59,118 nt of DNA from Streptomyces virus LukeCage. Taxonomy: Duplodnaviria > Heunggongvirae > Uroviricota > Caudoviricetes. The position numbers and the translations under genes were made by a program. The stretch covers positions 1-59,118 of the IMG/VR virus record IMGVR_UViG_2974629454_000001, one strand, 5' to 3'. Numbering within the stretch: position 1 is the stretch's first letter; every line of letters begins with the position of its first letter. Below the pieces are notes generated by a model. That model was given only the letters and a program-made list of their open reading frames with translations. It made no database searches and was not told the DNA's origin. Shown here one piece after another: positions 15,084 to 22,442 of this stretch.

Positions 15084-15485
15084 TTATCTTGATGACTCTG
15101 TAAACATCCAAAGCCACTTATCGACGCCGCGCTTAATTTCGATGAGTACATCTTGCGTAGCGAGGTCGTCGGTAATATTAAAGATAGCACCTGAGAGAAC
15201 CATTGTCAAGCTCTCAAGAGAGGACTTCACTCCGCTTACTGCTTGCAGATAGGAAACTGACTCGCCTGAGAATTCATAGGCGATCTTTGGTGCAAGATAC
15301 ATCTCTCTTGCACGTGCTCTCTCTGCGAGAGTGTCGGCGTATTCTGTAATATCCTCGTTAAGTTCATCTAGCTTCTCGTGAAGATAGAAAAACTCCTTAC
15401 CTCGGAGATTCCAATGGTTCTCCTTGACTGCCAAGGAGAGGGTTAGCAACCATTCCAGAATCTCTTCCAGCTTTTGCTCTAGCAC
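15084..15485 (-). CDS. dps: Dps/ferritin-like protein
   Basis: HWNLRGKEFFYLHEKLDE...D.LAER and D.AT.DVL.EI.RGVDKWLWM. Confidence 0.85.
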   Translation of the reverse strand: MLEQKLEEILEWLLTLSLAVKENHWNLRGKEFFYLHEKLDELNEDITEYADTLAERARAREMYLAPKIAYEFSGESVSYLQAVSGVKSSLESLTMVLSGAIFNITDDLATQDVLIEIKRGVDKWLWMFTESSR

Positions 15486-15696
15486 GCTCCACCTCCTTGA
15501 TCGCAGATTTGATTTGATGATGCATCTCTAATCCTGGTTTGATGTACTTGTCATCAATTGGACACCAGAGATATAGGTCGGAAGATGCATCAAGCTTGGT
15601 GCGGACTATTAAATTGTTCTGACAGTCTGGGCACTCTAGCGCCGGGACAATTCCCTCTCTCGCTAGCCGACTGTATTTATGAAAATCTGACCACAT
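15397..15696 (-). CDS. Zn-ribbon hypothetical protein, leaderless
   Basis: CPDC..WCPIDD; ATG 6 nt after TAGACT; its 3' end overlaps dps by 89 bp. Confidence 0.6.
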   Translation of the reverse strand: MWSDFHKYSRLAREGIVPALECPDCQNNLIVRTKLDASSDLYLWCPIDDKYIKPGLEMHHQIKSAIKEVERARAKAGRDSGMVANPLLGSQGEPLESPR

Positions 15697-15708
15697 GAAT
15701 CTAGTCTA

Positions 15709-15915
15709 TCACGCATTTCTCAAATTGTAGAGAACGTCGTGGAGAGCCTTCTCAGCCTCTCCAACAGAGTTACGGAGATTGTTAACCTCCTGCTCCCAAG
15801 CAGAATCTGATTCGATTGCTTCACGCTTGAGATCTTCAATTGCTGTATCAGCTTCATGGGCTTGCCATCCGCAAGCGATCATGCACTCTCGGATGATTTG
15901 TTCGCATCGTGTCAT
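15709..15915 (-). CDS. Hypothetical coiled-coil protein
   Basis: Start moved to MTRCEQ (ATGA overlap). Confidence 0.65.
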   Translation of the reverse strand: MTRCEQIIRECMIACGWQAHEADTAIEDLKREAIESDSAWEQEVNNLRNSVGEAEKALHDVLYNLRNA

Positions 15916-16073
15916 AGTGGTTTCCCGTAGTGAAGTATGAATAGAAAAGAAATCATGCTCATCATCAAAGCAAGAAGACCTGTCAATGGAGTCATCCATA
16001 CAATAAAGATGATCAATGACAGGATCGTCAAGATGAAGAATGAAAGCACAAGTATTCGCTCTTTGAGAGTCAC
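15912..16073 (-). CDS. Small two-TM membrane protein (53 aa)
   Basis: Manually translated MTLKERILVLSFFILTILSLIIFIVW...HYGKPL; 4-bp overlaps on both sides. Confidence 0.7.
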   Translation of the reverse strand: MTLKERILVLSFFILTILSLIIFIVWMTPLTGLLALMMSMISFLFILHYGKPL

Positions 16074-16225
16074 TTCATATACTTCTTAGCTTCCTTGCAT
16101 TGCGGGCAGAACAGAACCTTCTTGCCACAGAAGATGGCTTCACTGAGATTCTTCCTATCGCAATACTTTGTGTAACAGAGTCCTCGTGCGTTGCGCTCAT
16201 TTCCGCTTTTACCAGTCGCAGGCAT
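16070..16225 (-). CDS. Small Cys-rich protein (51 aa)
   Basis: GGAGG RBS; MPATGKSGNERNARGLCYTKYC...FCPQCKEAKKYMK. Confidence 0.7.
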   Translation of the reverse strand: MPATGKSGNERNARGLCYTKYCDRKNLSEAIFCGKKVLFCPQCKEAKKYMK

Positions 16226-16245
16226 AGATCCTCCAAAATAGACAG

Positions 16246-16318
16246 ATCCCCGTGCCGGAATCGAACCGGCATTTCTTCTTTACGAGAGAAGTGTGTTTGC
16301 CATTGCCACTAACGGGGA
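16246..16318 (-). tRNA. tRNA-Thr (anticodon CGT)
   Basis: Acceptor stem TCCCCGT/ACGGGGA, anticodon stem CTTCT/AGAAG with loop CT-CGT-AA, T-arm GCCGG-TTCGATT-CCGGC; CCA not encoded. Confidence 0.9.
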
Positions 16319-16329
16319 AAGTGGTGAAA

Positions 16330-16809
16330 TCAGAGCTTCCACCAGGCTCGTCTACGACGACGACGGACTTTTCTTTGCGGTACTACTGACAGTATACACA
16401 CTAGTGCAGACATCGTCAATATAGCCGCTGGAGCACTGAAATAATACAAGAGTCCAGCGATTGCAAATGCAGTCAGTCGGAACTTCCATAGCGGAGTTAC
16501 AGTGACAAGACCTGGCCTTCGTGGGGCTGGCTTTGTGCTACCTGCAAATCTTGCACCTTTGCTTTGGTTGCAGCGAAGGTGGGCAAGTGCCACATTTCCC
16601 CAAACATGACCCGGAGAATCCTTCCTCCAACTAAGAGGAACAATATGATCAAGAGACGGGGACTTAGGATGTGGATACTTCAATGACTTGCGCACGCGCT
16701 TGCCACAAAGATGACACTTCCAGCCAGACTGTTGATATACTGCTGGTCGGGTAATGGTTGGATCATATGGAACGCCGTACTCCCTACAACGATCCTCATC
16801 TGTTTTCAT
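16330..16809 (-). CDS. HNH endonuclease with a C-terminal transmembrane segment
   Basis: CHLCG..SLDHIVP....GH..GNVALAHLRCNQSKG followed by a hydrophobic stretch and poly-Arg; leaderless (TTGTGA-17-TATGAT-6-ATG). Confidence 0.85.
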   Translation of the reverse strand: MKTDEDRCREYGVPYDPTITRPAVYQQSGWKCHLCGKRVRKSLKYPHPKSPSLDHIVPLSWRKDSPGHVWGNVALAHLRCNQSKGARFAGSTKPAPRRPGLVTVTPLWKFRLTAFAIAGLLYYFSAPAAILTMSALVCILSVVPQRKVRRRRRRAWWKL

Positions 16810-16849
16810 ATGAGGATCATAACATTAAAGGGAGATTTTCACAAAGGGC

Positions 16850-17395
16850 TCAGTACCAGCCCTTCTTCTTGAAATGACTCCAAGCGGTGCAAGGAGTGCC
16901 GTAGCGCTTGTAAATGTAGTGATCTAGTCCCCAGCGTACCTGAGTACGTGGATTAGTCTTCCAGTCCTTGCCCGCCGCCTTCATCTTTGAAGCAGGAAGA
17001 GACTGAGGAATTCCATACGCACCAGAATAAGGATTCTTAGCCTTGTAGTTCCAAGAAGACTCCTTGATCCAAAGGGGATTCAGACAGTTCCACTGCTTCT
17101 TCCAGGACTTAGGATACTTCTTCTTGAGCTTATCTTGTGCATACTTCTTTGTACTGCTGATGGACTTTGAATATGCCACCGGCTCGATCTTGATTGTAGA
17201 CAAGGACGGTGACGGAGTAACGCTGTTGACCACCGCGCTTGGTGTAGCCTTTGGTGAGACTGATTGGGTAACCTTCGGCTTTTCAGCCTCAAGCGGACTG
17301 ACTCCCATGTCTGATGCTGCCTGTGCAGTAACTGCGACGACAACACCCATGCAAAGAGCCATGGCCGCTATGTTGCCCCTCGTCTTCTGATCCAT
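16850..17395 (-). CDS. Secreted or membrane-anchored lytic transglycosylase (SLT/lysozyme-like)
   Basis: N-terminal signal or anchor, P/S/T linker, CL..LW.KESSWN..A.NP.SGAYGIPQ.LP..KM; GGAGG RBS. Confidence 0.88.
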   Translation of the reverse strand: MDQKTRGNIAAMALCMGVVVAVTAQAASDMGVSPLEAEKPKVTQSVSPKATPSAVVNSVTPSPSLSTIKIEPVAYSKSISSTKKYAQDKLKKKYPKSWKKQWNCLNPLWIKESSWNYKAKNPYSGAYGIPQSLPASKMKAAGKDWKTNPRTQVRWGLDHYIYKRYGTPCTAWSHFKKKGWY

Positions 17396-17445
17396 TAGTA
17401 ACCTCCAAGTAGTGGGCGGCAGTTGCCGCCCGGTCATGTTGTATG

Positions 17446-17474
17446 ACTCTACTAGAGTTACAGTTTGGTGTCAA
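17446..17474 (-). promoter_or_regulatory. Promoter for the transglycosylase gene
   Basis: TTGACA-17-TAGAGT; the inverted repeat AGTTACA..TGTAACT brackets the -35. Confidence 0.7.
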
Positions 17475-17493
17475 CCTTGTAACTGTTGTGTAA

Positions 17494-17661
17494 TCAGTCA
17501 AGCACAGAAACGTACTTAACGATTTGCACGTTCCTTGCTCCGTCTTCCTCAAGGATGGCCTTCTCAATACGAGCCTGGCGGATTGGATACAGCTCAGAAG
17601 TCTCGTACATCTTGCCATCGAGTTCGTACTTGAGGTAGTAGCGATCTACGTTGATCATCAC
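17494..17661 (-). CDS. Small hypothetical protein (55 aa)
   Basis: Manually translated; GAAAGGA RBS. Confidence 0.7.
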   Translation of the reverse strand: MMINVDRYYLKYELDGKMYETSELYPIRQARIEKAILEEDGARNVQIVKYVSVLD

Positions 17662-17984
17662 TTTTCCTTTCGGTGATTGACTTTGAAGTCTGTGATTCCG
17701 ACCTTCTTTAGATGAACAGATAGTTCATCTAGCTCTTTCAGAGATCGAATAGTCTTCTCTTGATACTTACCCTTGTTATCTGTATAGGTAACTATCCAGA
17801 TATCTTTCATACTACTCCCTTGAGTTAGTAATCTTAGGTATTCTACGAGTTACGCAGTAACTCGTCTCAATCTCGTTAGAGATTGAGTTAGTTATTTATA
17901 TAGTCCCGTTTATGTAATAAACGGGTCTTACTACCCTATCAAGTCGAAATCGATAGCAGCAGCCTGCGACGGAAGGTAAGACCC

Positions 17985-18118
17985 GTGGAGAACCCTTCGG
18001 CCGATGTGCCAGGACTTTCGGGCAAAAGAAAATGCCCTAGGAGTTCTCCACCTCTCCTAGGGCATTAACAATAATGACCACGATGTTAGGTGGAGTAACA
18101 TCCTGAATAAATTCAGGC
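17985..18118. ncRNA. Candidate structured RNA with kissing loops
   Basis: 13-bp hairpin at 18031-18066 whose loop CTCCACCT is complementary to AGGTGGAG in the loop of a hairpin at 18082-18102; transcription and strand not established. Confidence 0.4.
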
Positions 18119-18228
18119 TATCACGCTTCCCAGCACGTGTCAAGTTTCGCTGATGTTGAGCAATAGCCCAACCAACTGATATAATCGTAACACAGCTCAA
18201 AGAGCATGTCAACGACGAAAGGACAGCA

Positions 18229-19197
18229 GTGGACATCAGTTTTTCCACTATCCCTGGCAATCTTAACACAACCATCGGTTATGGAGTCGCCGGGTTCAAC
18301 ATGGTTAGAAGTCTGCAAAAGCTAGGACACAGAGTCCCATTCGCAGACAAGAATTGCAAGATCGAGATCTTCTTCTCACAGCCAGATTACTGGGAGTGGT
18401 CTAACCAACTAGGTTATCATATCGGATACACTCCATGGGAGTCAACCCAATTGCCACCGGGCTGGCTTGAGCAGATGAACTGTGCAGATGAGGTCTGGAC
18501 CACTAGTGATCTTATTCAGCGATGGTACACACGGGCCGGTGTGAAGAATGTTAAAGTTTATCCACATGGTATTGATCCACAGTGGACTCCGAAGAAGCGC
18601 AACGTCTATACAAAGATGAAGTTTCTTCACATGGGAGAGCCTGCACCTCGAAAGGGCGGGCAGATGGCTCTTGACGCATTCCGTGCTGCATTCGGAGACA
18701 GAGACGACGTAGAACTAACGATCAAGGCACACCGCATCAATTCAGTACGCCGGATAAACTCTGGAAGGATCGTAGGGTCCCCCGATGAGTACAGCAACGT
18801 CAAGCTAGTCACCAAGGAGCTTCCAGAAGACCTTCTTGTGGGCTTTGTACAGCAGCACCACGTAATGGTTTATCCAAGTTGGGGAGAAGGCTTCGGTCTT
18901 ATTCCTTTTCAGGCTATCGCCACTGGAATGCCAACGATCTGCACAGCCAAATGGGCTCAGTACAAGGATTACCTTGGCCCTCTCGGTCTGTCATCAACAT
19001 TGACAGATTCACCATGGCCCGGTGTTCATCCAGGAAAGATGCTCAAGCCTGACTTCGATGAACTTGTAGATCTGTACAGATATGCATACGACAACTTCTC
19101 TGATTTGAGCAACAGATTCTACGCTCAGGCACCTCTTTTGCACGCTGAGTACAACTGGGAAAGCCTCACTAAGCAAGCGTTTAGTCACTTGATTTAA
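18229..19197 (+). CDS. Glycosyltransferase, GT-B fold (GT4-like)
   Basis: YTPWEST, DEVWTTS, VYPHGID, RKGG, YPSWGEGFGLIP.QA.ATG.P.I. Confidence 0.9.
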   Translation: MDISFSTIPGNLNTTIGYGVAGFNMVRSLQKLGHRVPFADKNCKIEIFFSQPDYWEWSNQLGYHIGYTPWESTQLPPGWLEQMNCADEVWTTSDLIQRWYTRAGVKNVKVYPHGIDPQWTPKKRNVYTKMKFLHMGEPAPRKGGQMALDAFRAAFGDRDDVELTIKAHRINSVRRINSGRIVGSPDEYSNVKLVTKELPEDLLVGFVQQHHVMVYPSWGEGFGLIPFQAIATGMPTICTAKWAQYKDYLGPLGLSSTLTDSPWPGVHPGKMLKPDFDELVDLYRYAYDNFSDLSNRFYAQAPLLHAEYNWESLTKQAFSHLI

Positions 19198-19274
19198 GCC
19201 CAACAATCAGGTAGTATAGTATAACTACGCGATGGATTAGCCGTACGACGACTGCGGCTGGAAAGGTATTTTCT

Positions 19275-21215
19275 TTGTATGACGACAAGGGTTTTCTAGA
19301 AGACCCATATCAGAACTTTATTCATACCAGTAGGTATGCGCGGTGGCTAGAGGATAAGGGCCGCCGCGAAACTTTTGTAGAAACAACTGAGCGCTATCTC
19401 AATTACATGGTGAATAGCCTCAAGAAGAACCACAATTACGATGTTCCACGGGACCACCTTGATCTAGTACGAGAGCAGATGCTAAATCAGGGTGTTGTTT
19501 CTTCTATGCGTGCTCTTATGACTGCTGGCGCTGCACTAGATCGGGACAATGTGGCTGCATACAACTGCTCCTATGTTCCTATTGATGATGTTCGAGCCTT
19601 TGACGAGACTCTGTACATTCTGATGAATGGAACCGGTGTAGGATTCTCCGTCGAAGAGAAGTATGTACGTAAGCTTCCTGTGATTGCAGAAGAGTTCGAA
19701 GCCACAGAGACAGTGATCAAGGTCGCTGATTCAAAGGAAGGTTGGGCACGAGCATATCGTGAACTTCTAAGCCTTCTATGGGGAGGACGAGTTCCGCGCT
19801 GGGATACCTCAAAGGTTCGCCCGGCAGGAGCAAGGCTAAAGACTTTTGGTGGACGTGCAAGCGGTCCTGGTCCACTAGAGCAGCTATTCCAGTTCACTAT
19901 TGATGTGTTCACAAAGGCTGCTGGTCGTCAGCTTACTTCCCTTGAGGCTCATGACCTTGTATGTAAGATTGCAGAAGTAGTTGTTGTTGGTGGAGTTCGC
20001 AGAAGCGCTCTGATCTCACTTAGCGATCTAAGCGACCTGAGAATGGCTACAGCAAAAGCAGGAAACTGGTGGGAGAACAACCCTCAGCGCGCTTTGGCTA
20101 ATAACTCAGTAGCCTACACGAGCAAGCCTGATATGACTGCTTTCATGGCTGAATGGAAGAACCTTTACGACTCCAAGTCTGGAGAACGTGGAATCTTCAA
20201 TAGGCAGGCTGCAATCAATCAGGTACGTAAGAATCAAAGGCGAGATGGCAATTTCGACTTCGGAACTAATCCGTGCAGCGAGATTATCCTTCGACCTAAC
20301 CAATTCTGCAACCTGACCGAAGTGATCATTCGTCCAGATGACACTGTAGAAACTCTGATGCTCAAGGTCAAGGCCGCAACGATCATCGGAACATGGCAGT
20401 CAACTCTAACGAACTTCAAGTATCTCCGTAAGATCTGGAAGAAGAACACCGAAGAAGAAAGACTACTTGGTGTTTCTCTGACTGGTCAGTTCGGAAATAG
20501 GCTCATGAGTGGCCAGGAAGGAATCAAGGAGCTAAAGGATACTCTTGAGGCTCTGAGATACAAGGCTATTGCGACAAACGCTGAGGTTGCCGAGGCAATC
20601 GGAATTCCTCAGTCTGCTGCAATCACCTGTGTAAAGCCTTCTGGAACGGTTTCACAGCGAGCCGGTGTTCCAAGTGGTATGCACACGGAACACGATGAGT
20701 TTTACATCAGAACTGTGCGAGGCGACAACAAGGATGCTCTTACACAGTTCCTCAAGGACTCAGGGATTCCAAACGAGCCTGACGTGATGAAGCCTAATGA
20801 CACGACCGTCTTTAGCTTCCCAAAGAAGGCTGCGCCAGGAGCACTTACCAGAAATGACCTCACAGCGATTGAACACCTTGAAATTTGGCTCGCTTATCAG
20901 CGTTCATGGTGTGAGCACAAGCCAAGCATTACAGTTTCTGTTAAGGAACATGAATGGATGGAAGTAGGAGCATGGGTTTACAAGAACTTCGATGAAGTTT
21001 CTGGAATCTCATTCCTGCCATTCTCTGAGCACACGTACAAGCAGGCACCTTATCAGTCCATTTCTGAGGCTGAATACAAGGAATGGCTTGAGCGTATGCC
21101 AGAAAAGATTGAATGGGATCTTCTCCCCACATATGAGTTTGAGGACAATACGACTGGCTCTCAGGAGCTTGCTTGCTCTGCCGCTGGCGGATGTGAAGTA
21201 GTCGATATTAGCTGA
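19275..21215 (+). CDS. nrdJ: Class II (adenosylcobalamin-dependent) ribonucleotide reductase
   Basis: YNC, GGVRRSA, TNPCSEI, CNLTE, TCVKPSGTVS, C-terminal CSAAGGCE; no beta subunit adjacent. Confidence 0.93.
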   Translation: MYDDKGFLEDPYQNFIHTSRYARWLEDKGRRETFVETTERYLNYMVNSLKKNHNYDVPRDHLDLVREQMLNQGVVSSMRALMTAGAALDRDNVAAYNCSYVPIDDVRAFDETLYILMNGTGVGFSVEEKYVRKLPVIAEEFEATETVIKVADSKEGWARAYRELLSLLWGGRVPRWDTSKVRPAGARLKTFGGRASGPGPLEQLFQFTIDVFTKAAGRQLTSLEAHDLVCKIAEVVVVGGVRRSALISLSDLSDLRMATAKAGNWWENNPQRALANNSVAYTSKPDMTAFMAEWKNLYDSKSGERGIFNRQAAINQVRKNQRRDGNFDFGTNPCSEIILRPNQFCNLTEVIIRPDDTVETLMLKVKAATIIGTWQSTLTNFKYLRKIWKKNTEEERLLGVSLTGQFGNRLMSGQEGIKELKDTLEALRYKAIATNAEVAEAIGIPQSAAITCVKPSGTVSQRAGVPSGMHTEHDEFYIRTVRGDNKDALTQFLKDSGIPNEPDVMKPNDTTVFSFPKKAAPGALTRNDLTAIEHLEIWLAYQRSWCEHKPSITVSVKEHEWMEVGAWVYKNFDEVSGISFLPFSEHTYKQAPYQSISEAEYKEWLERMPEKIEWDLLPTYEFEDNTTGSQELACSAAGGCEVVDIS

Positions 21216-21222
21216 TGTAATT

Positions 21223-21250
21223 GGCCGGTGTCTTAGGGCACCGGCCTTTT
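21223..21250 (+). terminator. Intrinsic terminator
   Basis: GGCCGGTGTC-TTAG-GGCACCGGCC-TTTT. Confidence 0.8.
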
Positions 21251-21301
21251 GCTTTTTAATTCCAGCGGGCATAGACTATAGGCTGAGGAGGTGAATGATA
21301 T

Positions 21302-22297
21302 ATGGCAACACCAATGACAGCATCACAAATTGTTTCCCAGCTAAAGAAGTGGGGAATTAAGTACGCAGAATACAAGAGCTGGGAGACTCACAACCGTAAT
21401 CACATGGGAAAGTGGGGTCCTGTTCATGGATTCATGGTTCATCACACTGGTAGCGATTCAAAGGACCAGCGAGAACTTCTTTACAGTGGAATTAGCGGAC
21501 TTCCAGGCCCTCTCTGCCACTTTGGTCTAGCTCAGGATGGAACTGTCCACCTTGTTGGATGGGGACGAGCAAACCACGCTGGTAGCGGAGATCCTGATGT
21601 TCTGAACGCAGTTGTCAATGAAAGCTATGGAGCAAATCCTCCAGTAGACAACGAGTCTTCTGTTGACGGAAACGCTCGATTCTATGGAGTCGAGATTTGG
21701 TACTCAGGCTCTCATGCAATGACCAGCGCTCAGTACGCCACTCTGAGAAAGCTTGCTGCTGCTATCTGTGATTTCCACGGATGGTCAGAAAAGAGCGTTA
21801 TCGGTCACGGTGAATGGGGAAGCCCAGGAAAGTGGGACCCAGGTATTTCATCTGGAAAGATGATGAATATGGCCGAGGTTCGTGCAGACATCAAGGCAAC
21901 ACTTGGTGGAAGTAAGGAGCCTGATCCAGTTCCATCTAAGCCATCTGGTTCAGAAAGCACGCATACTGTAGTCAAGGGCGAGACCCTATGGTCTATCGCT
22001 GAAAAGTATAAGGTAAGCGTGGACAATCTTAAGAAGTGGAATAACCTTAAGTCCGATACTCTTGACATCGGTCAGAAGCTACAGGTTAAGGCTCCAAGTA
22101 CAGGAGGTGGAACAGTGGCAACTAAGACTGCCGGATATAAGGAAGTTTGGGACCTAGACGTGGCAACTCCACCAAAGGGTCGTGAGACAAAGGAGAATCC
22201 AACATGGGCTCCAATGTCTATTCTTCGAGGTATCTACGAGAAGCTGGACGATGTTCAGAAGCGACTAGATGCAATTGAAAAGAAGCTAGGAATCTGA
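21302..22297 (+). CDS. Endolysin: N-acetylmuramoyl-L-alanine amidase plus LysM
   Basis: MVHHTG, GRANHAG, GVEI, GHGEW..GKWDPG; LysM THTVVKGETLWSIAEKY.VSVDNLKKWNNL. Confidence 0.92.
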   Translation: MATPMTASQIVSQLKKWGIKYAEYKSWETHNRNHMGKWGPVHGFMVHHTGSDSKDQRELLYSGISGLPGPLCHFGLAQDGTVHLVGWGRANHAGSGDPDVLNAVVNESYGANPPVDNESSVDGNARFYGVEIWYSGSHAMTSAQYATLRKLAAAICDFHGWSEKSVIGHGEWGSPGKWDPGISSGKMMNMAEVRADIKATLGGSKEPDPVPSKPSGSESTHTVVKGETLWSIAEKYKVSVDNLKKWNNLKSDTLDIGQKLQVKAPSTGGGTVATKTAGYKEVWDLDVATPPKGRETKENPTWAPMSILRGIYEKLDDVQKRLDAIEKKLGI

Positions 22298-22309
22298 TAC
22301 AATCTAAGT

Positions 22310-22408
22310 GCAGCCTATGGAAATGAGTCCGGGTTGTCTAGGGCGCTGCGTGCAGCGCTACTTAGGATGGATTATATTACCGTCAAAGCCACTCTTCGGA
22401 GTGGCTTT
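22310..22408 (+). ncRNA. Candidate small RNA of about 100 nt
   Basis: TTGAAA-17-TACAAT promoter (22275-22303), internal hairpin GCGCTGC-GT-GCAGCGC, ends at a terminator. Confidence 0.4.
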
Positions 22409-22410
22409 TG
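22385..22410 (+). terminator. Intrinsic terminator
   Basis: AAAGCCACTC-TTCG-GAGTGGCTTTT. Confidence 0.85.
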
Positions 22411-22442
22411 GCGTTTAGTGGTTGTTGCATTATAATAACTGT

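Noticed and set aside
16075-16312. ORFs 16075-16272 (-) and 16100-16312 (+)
   Set aside because: They overlap the tRNA; a different frame (16070-16225) has the RBS and coupling overlap.
19275-21215. Intein or intron in nrdJ, dnaB, thyX or the dnaE fragment
   Set aside because: Lengths are normal, catalytic motifs are contiguous, and no C/S...HN splice motifs were seen.
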